Below, one piece after another: positions 13,672-25,226 of a stretch of DNA of 64,000 nt. The position numbers and the translations under genes were made by a program. The notes under the pieces are model-generated. The model did no database searches, was not told where the DNA came from, and saw only the letters and a list, made by a program, of their open reading frames with translations. This DNA is from Octopus vulgaris (lineage: Eukaryota). The stretch lies in the NCBI GenBank assembly GCA_951406725.2, contig OX597838.1, positions 35,092,001 to 35,156,000 on the forward strand, written 5' to 3'. Every line of letters starts with the position of its first letter. Within the stretch, counting starts at the first letter, position 1.

Positions 13672-13841
13672 AGGCGCAGGAGTGGCTGTGTGGTAAGTAG
13701 CTTGCTAACCAGCCACATGGTTCTGGGTTCAGTCCCACTGCGTGGCATCTTGGGCAAGTGTCTTCTGCTATAGCCCCAGGCCAACCAATGCCTTGTGAGT
13801 GGATTTGGTAGACGGAAACTGAAAGAAGCCTGTCGTATATA

Positions 13842-13878
<37 letters not shown>

Positions 13879-14095
13879 TTGTGTTTGTGTGTCTGTGTTT
13901 GTCCCCCTAGCATTGCTTGACAACCGAAGCTGGTGTGTTTACGTCCCCGTCACTTAGCGGTTTGGCAAAAGAGACTGATAGAATAAGTACTGGGCTTACA
14001 AAGAATAAGTCCCGGGGTCGAGTTGCTCGACTAAAGGCGGTGCGCCAGCATGGCCGCAGTCAAATGACTGAAACAAGTAAAAGAGTAAAAGAGTA
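13672..14095 (+). mobile_element. SINE family A, full length
   Basis: Near-identical to 5019-5435. Confidence 0.9.
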
Positions 14096-14096
14096 A

Positions 14097-14391
14097 TATA
14101 TCTCAAGAACTGCTGGATGGATTCAGATGAAACTTTCAGGAATGTTTGGCCTTGTGAATGGCACAAACTGATTAGATTTGGGGATTGATCCAGTACCGGA
14201 CAAGGATTCTAGATTATTTTTCCGGTTATTTTACTTAATTTTTGAGAGTGGTTGGGTTCATTTTTAGTATTCTTGTTTGTGAGAGCAGTCGAGTTTATTT
14301 CAGATATTCTCATTTTAAAAATCCTCTCCAGCTAATCATTGAGGCTGGTGTTGCCTTGGCAGAGGTTTGTGCTCCCTGAGTGTTCTTGTTT
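14097..14391 (-). mobile_element. Probable HINE/Helitron-type non-autonomous fragment
   Basis: atatctcaagaactgctggatggattcagatgaaactt...ggcagaggtttgtgctccctgagtgttcttgtt resembles the termini of widespread Helentron-associated repeats (recognised from memory). Confidence 0.5.
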
Positions 14392-14519
14392 ATTATAATT
14401 TTTTGGTGGAATATGAACTCAGAAGATGAAAAGCTAACAATTCTGTCAGCCTTCTGCCTGACTTTTCTGGAATATTGTATTCCAGATTATGTTATTTAAT
14501 TTAATCATCCATTTTTAAG

Positions 14520-14747
14520 CTAGGAGAAAAATGCCAGAGGAGAGGCTTGCCAAAACAGCCGTGTGCTGGATGCCCCTGGAAGGTAAGAGAAAAAGAAGCT
14601 GACCAAGGAAGACCTGGTGTAACACCTTCAAAGAAGACCTATGCAAACTGAACATCACCTGGGAAGAAGCATACTGGTTGGCCTGAGACAGAGATAATTG
14701 GTGTTAACTGACTACCTGATGTGCCACTCAAAGGCACCAATGGACCT
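14520..14747 (+). mobile_element. Decayed RTE-clade LINE ORF C-terminus
   Basis: Translates to MPEERLAKTAVCWMPLEGKRKRS*PRKTWCNTFKEDLCKLNITWEEA..., the RTE RxPK/GRP-W/DR-W C-terminal pattern, with stops. Confidence 0.75.
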
Positions 14748-16082
14748 TGCAAGCATGAAAGAGAAAATCAGGAAGGAATGTTATAGGAGAGTTCGTGCAG
14801 TCCTGAAATCTGAACTAAATGCACGTAACAAGGTGTTAGCTATAAATTCCTTAGCAGTTCCAGTTGTTACTTATAGCTACAATGTGTTGAACTGGAATAT
14901 GAGTGAAGTAAAGAATATAGATAGAAAAATACGCAAGCTGCTGAGTTGTAATAGGATGCACCACCCAAAGGCAGACGTAGATCGCCTTTACCTTCCCAGA
15001 GCCCAAGGAGGTCGAGGCCTGATCCAATTTGAACTAAGCTTACAAAACAACCACAATTGGACTGGCCAAATATCTCGAAATATCGAATGACTGGATGCTA
15101 AAGCTCGTGGAAAATCACGAGAGACGAAAGAAGCTTCATTCTATCATCAAGGAAAGCAAAAAATTTGCTATTGATCTCGTGCAGGATACCCAAACTGAAC
15201 AACCCGAGGGAAGTACGGCAACTATTGTTGCAAAGAAGGTGAAAATGATGGCAATGAAAAAAGCGCACGAGCAATTGGCTGATAGGTGGGAGGAGAAACC
15301 TCTGCACGGCAAATATGTGACCCGCAGCAAACAAGCTGATGTTGACCAGAAGCAAACCCATCAGTGGCTGCGGAGCTCAGGGCTAAAAGCAGAGAGCGAA
15401 GGTTTCATCCTGGCTGCTCAAGACCAAAGCCTATTAACCCGGAACTACCAGGCCAATGTGATGAAAAATGGAGCAGACCCAAAATGCCGATTCTGCAACG
15501 ACATGATTGAAACAGTGGACCACCTAATCTCTGGATGTAAAGTCTTAGCACCAGTGGAGTATAAATTAAGACATGACAGAGTTGGCCAATATCTCCACTG
15601 GCTAATAAGTCGGCATTACAATATCAAAACTGCCGACAAGTGGTATAATCACCACCCTGAGGCTGTAACTGAAGGAGAAAATGTAACCATTCTGTGGGAC
15701 TTTCCAGTACATACAGACCGAACCATCAAGGCCAATAAACCAGATATTGTTGTGAAAGACCAAAACAATAAAGTTTGCTTATTGATCGACATGAGCATCC
15801 CCTGTGATCATAATATCTCAGCGAAAGAGTTTGACAAGCTCAGAAAATATAAAGACCTACTCATTGAAATTGAGAAAATGTGGCATCTCAAGGCGGTTAC
15901 AATACCAGTGATCGTAGGAGCACTAGGAATGATCAAGAAGGGAACCGAAAATTATATGAGAATGATCCCTGGCTTACCATCCCTGCAAGAAGTGCAAAAG
16001 ATTGTCTTAACTGGTACATCACACGTATTGAGAAGAGCATTGTCGATGTGAGAACTGTTGCTGCTCATGTATTTTAATTTAA

Positions 16083-16113
<31 letters not shown>

Positions 16114-16254
16114 TGAACGAACTACTGAGTTTGGTTTAATGGCCTACCAATGTATACTATGAGTTTCTTTGCCCTAGGAGTCGGGAAGACACTCGGCAAG
16201 AAATGGAAGAAAATTTGAAAGAAGAAAAAAAAAAAAGTAATAATAATAATAATA
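14748..16254 (+). mobile_element. 5'-truncated R4/Dong-clade non-LTR retrotransposon (RT thumb, CCHC knuckle, restriction-like endonuclease)
   Basis: ORFs 14698-15090 and 15095-16051 join across a single frameshift near 15040 (ELS/YKTTTIGL). Motifs present: LYLPRAQGGRGL, CRFC...ETVDHLISGC, RHD, ILWDFPVHTDR, KPDIVV...LIDMSIP, KLRKY. The 3' UTR ends in an A-run plus (TAA)n. Confidence 0.9.
15095..16051 (+). CDS. Retrotransposon ORF fragment: zinc knuckle plus PD-(D/E)xK (RLE) endonuclease, 318 aa
   Basis: Uninterrupted reading frame with CCHC, RHD, PD...D and KxxKY motifs. It belongs to the element above and is not a host gene. Confidence 0.85.
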   Translation: MLKLVENHERRKKLHSIIKESKKFAIDLVQDTQTEQPEGSTATIVAKKVKMMAMKKAHEQLADRWEEKPLHGKYVTRSKQADVDQKQTHQWLRSSGLKAESEGFILAAQDQSLLTRNYQANVMKNGADPKCRFCNDMIETVDHLISGCKVLAPVEYKLRHDRVGQYLHWLISRHYNIKTADKWYNHHPEAVTEGENVTILWDFPVHTDRTIKANKPDIVVKDQNNKVCLLIDMSIPCDHNISAKEFDKLRKYKDLLIEIEKMWHLKAVTIPVIVGALGMIKKGTENYMRMIPGLPSLQEVQKIVLTGTSHVLRRALSM

Positions 16255-16809
16255 AAGTTCAAAGAAGTTTCTACAGAATTCATATTTTTGCCGTCCAAAT
16301 AATTTTGAAGACATCAGAATAAATGATAATCAGAAGGGGCAATGTCCAGCGAATATCGTGGATGGGGCATTGTTTCCATTGAAACTGCTTCAGCCTTTCA
16401 GATACGAACATAAATAAATGCAACCCAACAACAGCTGTATGCCCATGCTTCATCAAGTAGATTGCTTTTTAAAGCACTGCTAGATCACTCTAATAATAAA
16501 GTTCAAAGAAGTTTTGGCTCTTATGTTGGCAATCTAAGTGACTATGTATAAACTACTACCTTGGTTCAAGTCAATAGACGTGTTTGATAGAAGTGTATCA
16601 TATCTATGTACATGATTCATCTTTGCTGTCTCGGTCCTTTTTGCTATTAATAGGTACTATGGGTAGCTATCTCTGCTGTCACTACTCTTCTTGTAAGAGT
16701 ATAACAAATATGTGCTCTCCAAAAAGTATTGAGTAATCCTTCAGTTTGGTTTAAAATTGTTTTCCTTAATTGTGGACGGAAACGAAATGCCAATTTCTAA
16801 CTTCTAATT

Positions 16810-17740
16810 GCGGAGGAAACCTGTAGAAGAGGTAGATTTAGGAAGATGTGGGACAAGGTGGTGAAATATGATCTTTGGTTGTAGAGTTTCGTGGAGGCAA
16901 TGACAAGTGACCAAGACTTCTGGAGATTTACTGTGCTTGAGAAGTCATGTCAAGCCAAGTGAAAATGTGATCATGGTCAGTGCTGGTGACATGTAAAAGG
17001 GAACCCATGCCAGTGAACAGATAAAAGGCACCTGTGCTGGTGAACATGTAAAAGGACCCTGTGCCAGTGAACACATAAAACTCACCTGTGCTGGTGAACA
17101 TGTAAAAGGTACCCATGCCAGTGAACAGATAAGAGGCACCTGTGCTGAACATGTAAAAGGACCCTGTGCCAGTGAACACATAAAAGGCACCTGTGCAGGT
17201 GAACATGTAAAAGGTACCCATGCCAGTGAACAGATAAGAGGCACCTGTGCTGGTGAACATGTAAAAGGACCCTGTGCCAGTGAACACATAAAAGGCACCT
17301 GTGCAGGTGAACATGTAAAAGGTACCCATGCCAGTGAACAGATAAAAGGCACCTGTGCTGGTGAACATGTAAAAGGTACCCATGCCAGTGAACAGATAAG
17401 AGGCACCTGTGCTGGTGAACATGTAAAAGGACCCTGTGCCAATGAACACATAAAAGGCACCTGTGCAGGTGAACATGTAAAAGGACCCTGTGCCAGTGAA
17501 CAGATAAAAGGCACCTGTGCTGGTGAACATGTAAAAGGACCCTGTGCCAGTGAACACATAAAAGGCACCTAGTACACTCCTTAGAGTGGTTGGCATTGTT
17601 TAGGAAAGGCATCCAGTCGTAGAAACCAGGCAAAAACAGACTGGAGCCTGGTGCAGCTCTCTGGCTAACCAGCTCCAGTCAAACCATCTAACCCATGCTA
17701 GCGTGGAAAATGGGCATTAGATGATGACGACGATGACGAA
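16810..17740 (+). mobile_element. RTE-LINE 3' end: ORF terminus plus 3' UTR with expanded minisatellite and (GAT/GAC)n tail
   Basis: 16810-16965 translates to ETCRRGRFRKMWDKVVKYDL...AMTSDQDFWRFTVLEKSCQAK*. The UTR that follows is the one seen in many short copies in the window. Confidence 0.82.
16978..17570. repeat. Minisatellite: ~27-bp alternating units (~54-bp dimer), ~22 monomers
   Basis: cctgtgctggtgaacatgtaaaagg alternates with ccctgtgccagtgaacacataaaaggca; explains ORFs 16928-17633. Confidence 0.93.
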
Positions 17741-17995
17741 TAGCTCAACAAGAAGAAACATTAATAATACACTATGGGTAGATCAAGATTTCTCTAACTT
17801 TAAGGCAGGGTCACTGTACTGTTAAGTTGTAACATCAATAAATAGTTTTGTGTTCAAATATTTGTTAGACTGTGAATTGACCAAGGCTTTGAACTGAAGG
17901 AATGATGTGGTTCTGTATGATAGTATTGTGACCTAGTATTTTTGACAAATGTGGTATCCTGAAACAACATGTTAAATATTGTTCACCAAGTATAT

Positions 17996-18165
17996 AGGCG
18001 CAGGAGTGGCTGTGTGGTAAGTAGCTTGTTTACCAACCGCATGGTTCCGGGTTCAGTCCCACTGTGTGGCATCTTGGGCAAATGTCTTCTACTATAGCCC
18101 CGGGCCGACCAATGCCTTGTGAGTGGATTTGGTAGACGGAAACTGAAAGAGGCCCGTTGTATATA

Positions 18166-18205
<40 letters not shown>

Positions 18206-18425
18206 GGTGTGTGTTTGTGTGTCTGTGTTTGTCCCCCTAGCATTGCTTGACAACCGATGCTGGTGTGTTTATGTCCCCGTCACTTAGCAGTTCGGTAAAA
18301 GAGACCGATAGAATAAGTACTGGGCTTACAAAGAATAAGTCCCAGGGTCGATGTGCTCGACTAAAGGCGGTGCTCCAGCATGGCCGCAGTCAAATGACTG
18401 AAACAAGTAAAAGAGTAAAAGAGTA
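17996..18425 (+). mobile_element. SINE family A, full length
   Basis: Near-identical to 5019-5435. Confidence 0.9.
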
Positions 18426-18633
18426 AGTATGAAAGATTTTGAACATGAGCAAAATTTGTAACCTTGGAACACAAGAACAGCAGAAGAGTTTGTGGAATTC
18501 TAAAAGGGGTCTTTCTGAAGCAGATCCACAAAAAGCTGACAACAGTGCATTTGCAACTGTATTAAGGAATCCAAGATGATTTCATAATGAAATGGTGTAA
18601 GATCTAATCAGCTATTTGATAGTCTGTCATTTT

Positions 18634-18950
18634 TAATAATAATAATAATAATAATAATTGTGTACAGTGCTTAGGTGCACTACAACTCATCTAAAGTGTA
18701 TATATAATCAGGTGTAGTTTCGGCGGATTTCGGAAAGCATGAGGGCCTTAAAGGATGCAGTGTCATGGCAGTCAACAACTGACGCAGACAGTTTATTCCA
18801 TGCTTCAGCAACTCTGAGCGTGAAAAAAATGTTTCCGAAAGTCATGGGAGCTGTGTTGTTTTCTGACTTTGTAGGCATGTCCACGTGTGTTAGACACATG
18901 GAGATCAAAAAGGTGTTCAGTGTTGTTGTTGGTGAGGTGGTTGATAACTT
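18634..18950 (-). mobile_element. CR1-clade LINE 3' end
   Basis: FFTLRVAEAWNKLSASVV...FK motif in ORF 18708-18908, with an (ATT)n tail. Confidence 0.82.
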
Positions 18951-19240
18951 TTTAATCTTACTTTTTGTGTTTTATATAGAATCTCACTCACTGAACAATC
19001 TATGAAAAAAAAAAAAGATGAAAAAAGACTTAAGAATGTTCATTTCCAGAGCTTTTTGAAACTGTTTTACTTCATAAAATATTTAGTTTAGTGTAATGTA
19101 TTTGCCTTGAGTTATGTCATGCTGATGATTTGAAATAAGGATGAAATGGCACTGTATATGGTTACTTACAACAATAAAATTTATGATCTTTATAATGAAT
19201 AGGAAAAAATGAAATAATTAAATATATATATATTTAATAT

Positions 19241-19616
19241 AGGAGTGGCTGTGTGGTAAGTAGCTTGCTAACCAACCACATGGTTCCGGGTTCAGTCCCA
19301 CTGCGTGGCATCTTGGGCAAGTGTCTTCTGCTATAGCCCCGGGCCGACCAATGCCTTGTGAGTGGATTTGGTAGACGGAAACTGAAAGAAGCCTGTCGTA
19401 TATATGTATATATATATGTGTGTGTGTTTGTCCCCCTAGCATTGCTTGACAACCGATGCTGGTGTGTTTACGTCCCCGTTACTTAGCGGTTCGGCAAAAG
19501 AGACCGATGGAATAAGTACTGGGCTTACAAAGAATAAGTCCCGGGGTCGATTTGCTCGACTAAAGGCGGTGCTCCAGCATGGCCGCAGTCAAATGACTGA
19601 AACAAGTAAAAGAGTA
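19241..19616 (+). mobile_element. SINE family A
   Basis: Near-identical to 5019-5435. Confidence 0.9.
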
Positions 19617-20149
19617 TATTCTATGAATCTTCTTCATTAGACTTCAGTTTTAAAAGTCAAACTTCTAACCCCCTCCAGCTAAAAGCTATTATCTCGCTTA
19701 CAATAATTGCCATCAGGGTACACTATTCATACAAAATATTGATTTTATAATTAGTCACTAGTCATTTGTTTAAAAGAAAATGGTGCCACTTTTGAACTAT
19801 TATTTAAGTCACTATTTCTACTTGGCAGTGATCCCTCTCAGAAGAATTTAGTGATAGAGAAAAATGTACTACAGGCCTACACGTCTGATTAAGAATAACC
19901 TGCCTGGTGTGCTCATAGTTGTCTATTTTCCTAGTAAATAGAATGCTTTCGTTTACTTTAGCCCCAACAGGTCGTATAATGGCTTTTTAGTATTATTAAT
20001 TGTAGCTTCTTCCTCAGAGAACAGAAACTAAGCATTGATTTAAGGTTTTGGGGATGTTAAAAACATGTTTTTCAAATGTTCTACACTTATATAGTTTTGT
20101 AGGCTGATGATGTTTTCATTTTCTTATCAAAACAAGGAAATTGCGATAT

Positions 20150-20590
20150 CCACTATGTTGGCAATGGAAGTTTGCGATTCTCAGATACTGGCAGCACCAA
20201 ATATCGTTGTCCAGTGAATTCACAACTGCACCAGCACGTCCAAGTCGTTTTAAGACTTCAGACTCGTAGCTAATGCTGCTATGGATCACACCACCAAGAT
20301 GAGTGAATCAGTCTACAACTAACCCCGACTTTTCCACCCGTAACAGAGACAGACAATACTGAGACCCCCTAGAAGTCAACGAAAGACTCGATCTTTGTCT
20401 TGATCCAAGTGGTTCCTCTTCCTCACTCAGCGAAAGAAGAGCACGCCTTTAGACATCGAGAGACTTGGTAAAAATAACTGCGTCATCAAATTCTAGGTCA
20501 GCAATCTTAGTTTCACCAATGAGCGCTCTAAAACACGATCAAGCCACCCCCCGGCCAAAATATTCAGTCTATGCAGACATTGAACTGAGC
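20150..20590 (-). mobile_element. Decayed RTE-clade reverse transcriptase fragment
   Basis: Manual translation gives IGETKIADLEFDDAVIFTKSLDV (degenerate DLDFADD motif) and FTHLGGVIH...EVLKRLGRAGAVVNSLDNDIWCCQYL. Confidence 0.75.
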
Positions 20591-21190
20591 GGATGCGAAA
20601 ATGGACGCACGGTAACTTCATCTAAAGAGGAGTACGAGTCTTCCAATTTATTTTCACAAATAAAAGTTCTTATAATTCATTGGAAACACGCAGCACCATT
20701 TACAAAGCCGAAATTAAAATGTTTCAAGTCAGAGTTTTGGTCATTTCTAAAAGAATAAAAATGGCATCGGATGATTTAAATTTACGGTATATTCGTAATT
20801 ATAGGTTTCAAACCGGCAACAGATTAGAGAAAACTCTGGGAGGGTGGAATTTTAGTGACCGAGCAAACCGAGTCTGATTCGTGGACGAAGCCACTGAATT
20901 CTATTTCAATTGGCGAATGTTTGAGCAGCAAAAAGAATTCCAAGAATAACGTCTATGCGGGGTGTCTGGAAAAAACGTTTCGGAAAAAAGTCACTGAAAG
21001 AATTTTAGCTAGTGTAGCAAGTATATGTTCACAGATTGTCTGTCTACCCTTAAGTACAGCAATTTGGTGCCGCATCAACAAGATCATGAATTTTCACATC
21101 GTTGGACTCACTTCTTTAGACCTTCTTACCACTACATCAGTCTTATACTGACCCGCATTCGCTAGCCAAATAGTGATTACATACTATTTA

Positions 21191-21409
21191 CCCTTTAGTG
21201 TTGAGATTATTCTATCAAACATAATGCTTATTGATTCCCATTGATTTGAATTAATCATGCATTATCTCATATCTTCAAGATCTTGATGGTGTAATTACTT
21301 AATGTAGAATAACATTGTAGGGTAGGTGTGAGGGCCTGGATCTGGTCAGTTTGAACATAAAACAGATTAAATATTTTGGCCGGATATGGCCGGTTTAAAT
21401 ACTAAAGAG
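21191..21409. mobile_element. piggyBac-type MITE (CCC...GGG ends, TTAA target), older copy
   Basis: ttta|ccctttagt...actaaagag|tta; homologous to 58073-58293. It is absent from the paralogous block, which reads attttaaactg at ~25001. Confidence 0.8.
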
Positions 21410-22192
21410 TTACTGTTTTGTATTTTTTATAAAGACTCGCATTTTGAACTGTCTGCAATGTCTACAATGGTTTTCAATCATTTTAACGAACTTTGGTTAT
21501 TCTCAGTCGATGCATTGAAAATTTCTATTTGACACTGTTTTGCTCATGTTTTTTTTTTACCCTTTTGCAATGCACTTCCTTTTTGTACATTTTTGTTCTT
21601 ACCGTTTGTTACACATATTCCTTTCTTGCTACTGTTTTTTTTTGTGTGTTTTCGTACCTTTTCCTCGCAGTCAATTTACTGGTCAGAGGGTAATTGTAGC
21701 AAGTATATGGAATCTTTATTATAGGCACAATGGCCCGAATGAAGAGGGGACATAACAATACAGGACATGGGGTGCAAAAATACAGAAAGGATGGTATGAA
21801 ATGAAATATCTATAATGAATTAAATGGAATGGCTAACGAGCCCCCCAAAGCTCGCAGTTTCATTTGTGCTATCCGGGGCGTTCATCCGTAATGCAAGCGA
21901 GTAACTCTCCCTGTTCTATAACACCTGGCAAACTGTCATATCGAATGTATTGCATTACGCCTACAGCTATATTTGAATTTCTTAATTTCATTACCGTCTC
22001 TCTTTCTACAATTGCCGCCTTTATTTGGTCATCGAATATCTTAATTGTAGCAAGTATATGTTCACAAATTGCCTGCCTACTCTTAAGTACCCAAATATCG
22101 GCTCATACGCGTGTTTTCTGCAAGTGGTCACATGACCTGGTGACTTAATGGTCGAGTCCTTCTAAATTTATGCAGGCTATTATCCCATTACG

Positions 22193-22644
22193 GAGACGAC
22201 TGCACTGGCTCGGACACGTCTGCCGCATGCAGGACGGTCGCATGCCTAAAGACATCCTGTACAGCGAACTCACCACGGGATCCCGACCCAAGGGACGTCC
22301 ACAGCTACGATACAGGGATGTGTGCAAGCGCGACCTGAGGACTGCCAACATCTGTGTGGACACGTGGGAGGAAACAGCTGCTGACCGCTCTGCCTGGCGT
22401 CGGACAGTGAGGAAATGCGTTTCCATGGCTGAGGAAAGGAGAGCACAGCTGTGGTCGGACAGGCGGAGGACAACTGCAGCAACACCCCACACGTACCCAT
22501 CGATGTTCGTGTGCAGCAACTGTACCAGGGACTGCCACTCTAGAATTGGACTGTTCAGTCACAACAGACGCTGCTCATCATCAAAGTAGGCCCCAGCCTT
22601 GGCGCGACCCATTGTCTATCAAGACAGACGGGAGAAGAGAGAGA
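22193..22644 (+). mobile_element. Young 5'-truncated RTE/BovB-like LINE insertion with a 12-bp TSD
   Basis: Intact frame RRLHWLGHVCRMQDGRMPKDILYSEL...GRPQLRYRDVCKRDL...CSNCTRDCHSRIGLFSHNRRC*. TSD tatcccattacg at 22181-22192 and 22645-22656. Confidence 0.93.
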
Positions 22645-25226
22645 TATCCCATTACGTAACAGACCAGCCGAGCGCGAGCAAATTTAGTTTTATTCGCTGG
22701 AGCCTAAAATCAGCTTTAAAAAGTGGCTTTGCTCCCGGTTTTCCCCATTGACTCTGTTTTGCTCGTGTTCTTTTACTCTTTTGTATTGCACTCTTTGTAC
22801 ATCTTTGTTCTTACCATTTGTTATACATATTCCTTTCTTGCTACAGCCTTTTTGCTGTTGATGTTTCTTACCTTTCCCACGCGGTCAATTTACTGGTCAG
22901 AGGGTAATCGTATCTAGTATATGTTCACAAGTTGCCTGTCTACTCTTAAGTACACAAATATCGACTCGTACGCATGATGGTCGAGTCCTAGCTTTACGCG
23001 GGCTATCATCCCATTACGTAACAGACCAGCCGAGCGCAGGCAATTTAGCTTTGCTCGCTGGAGCCTAAAATCAGCTTTAAAAAGAGGCTTTGCTCCCACT
23101 TTTCTCCAGTGTGGTGGGAAGGTTGAGTTCGGATCTCGGCAAAGAGGAGGTTTATTTTGCAGGTAGCATTGACGCGTATGTCTGTTCCTGTCTTCCAACA
23201 GAAACCACGTCACATATTTGTTTTCCTGTTCTTCATCGCATACATCATCAAATTCCAACTGCCTGAGAAACCAACATGTCTATTTTCTGACAGTATAATT
23301 AATGTTATAACAACAACCTTTGCTGTACCTTCCATTAGGCGTTGAAATAAAGTGTGTCCGTAAATTGCAACGACTCTTGTCTTCGTATTTCTTTTCGCTG
23401 TTATACGTGACTCATTTGGAACCCTGAAATTATAATGTTACCAGGGCCAGAGCACATTATTTCAACTCCTAAAATTGGTGACCGACCGACGTGATTTACT
23501 GCCGCAAGCGACGAGTAAATTCGTTCTTCGTGAAAGATAAATTTTCTTTTATAGGCGAAATTCTCTACATCTCTGAATTACTAGGCGAATGGCTTGGTCA
23601 GAACTTTCACTGTACACTCTGCTAGAGATGTTCCTATCCGAAAAACCTCACGGTTCATTTTTTTTTTCAACAATTTTCCATTTGCAAGTCCTTGCGTGTA
23701 AGATGTCGTTTCACATTCAAACACTACCTTTTCCTGCTACATTTCATGCCTGTACAGCGTCATTCTGCTCGTTGAATAATATTTCTAATTAAATATTCAC
23801 CCGTTTTTGGTGCCTTTGTCACCTACAGTGCAACATCCTCGTCCTAATCCGCTCCCGTGTCACATTGCTTTCTTTTCTTTCTTCTACTATTCGCTTCGTC
23901 ATACTTCAACGTCGCCATGTTTGTTCGAATTGCTGTTGCGAAAATGTTTGCCTCTGCGTTGGAAATTCGATTACCCCATTTCTCACGGCCGAAGAATTGG
24001 GGAACTTCAAATTTTTTTTTCCATTGCAAGGTAGTTTTTATCCTGTCGGTCACTGTTTTTCAGCTCCGATGTCAGAGATTATGTGGAGGTTAAATCTCTG
24101 GCCGGTTAAATCTCATGACGGCGTCTTGAGGTAACGTCTCTCTACTGTACCTTAGTTCCTCATCACTGGTCACCTTCACACATCATCGCATCCATTCGCG
24201 CCAATTCAAATTTGACGAAAGCTTGTCCAATTTCTCTTCATCGACATCTTGGATTCCAGCATTTCGTCACCACGGTGCCAGTAGACTTTTGTCGCCGCCT
24301 GCCAAGATTTTATTTCAACCCGTTACCCTGTGGGAGATTCATGTCGCCATTTTGTCGCCAGCAAGTTACAGCAACTTATGATCAGTTTTTCGTACCAGCG
24401 TATATCTCGTACTACTATTTCCACCACCGCAAGCTCACTACAAACTTTCTGTTTTGCTTGTCATAACAGTCATTTCTCCATTTCATTTGACAAAAGAACT
24501 TTTTTGGTTACAGCTTACGTACGACCAGTAAGTATCTATTTATATCTTTTCTGCTCACCGAAAATACTTTTTTCCATGCTTTTTCGCCTTGTTTCTAGCC
24601 AGCAACTTTCATCTACAAGACGTTATATGTCGATAAGCTTTTATGGTTTAAGCGCGTGCAACATTTTCTCATTTTTTTCCCCCCAACTTACTCTAATTGG
24701 TCAACTGTTACAGCTACATGTCTTACTTTATGTATACCTTTACTCATCTTCTTTTGTCAGTTCCTTCTCATACGAAGTTACGAGAATTTTCTCGGTATGT
24801 TTAACTTCTACAGAAAAATTATCCCACCTTACACTATGATGTTGCTTTGCACACTACTGATTATATTGACTTAAAGCAATTTGGTGGAGCATCAACAATC
24901 ACGAATTTTCGTATGGTTAGACTCACTTCTTTTGACCTTCTTACCACTACAATAGTCTTATACTGGCCCGCGTAGACCAACTAAATAGCGCTTACATACT
25001 ATTTTAAACTGTTTTGTATTTTTTATAAAGATTCACATTTTGAACTGTCTGTGCTGTTTTCAATGGTTCTCAACCATTTTAACGAATTTTTGGTTATTCT
25101 CAGTTGATGTATTGTAAATTTCTATTTGACTCTGTTTTGCTCATGTTCTTTTACCCTTTTGTACATCTTTGTTCTTACCATTTGTTATACATATTTCTTT
25201 CTTGCTACAGCTTTTTTCTGGTGGAG

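Noticed and set aside
16978-17570. CRISPR-like repeat-spacer appearance
   Set aside because: The 'spacers' are themselves repeated variants of the same unit. The array lies in an RTE 3' UTR of a eukaryote, and no cas genes are present.
19900-19930. Possible minus-strand micro-exon with ATG (MSTPG..., reminiscent of the Rad6/UBE2A N-terminus)
   Set aside because: Weak donor (GTTATT), only 5 codons, and no matching downstream exon found.
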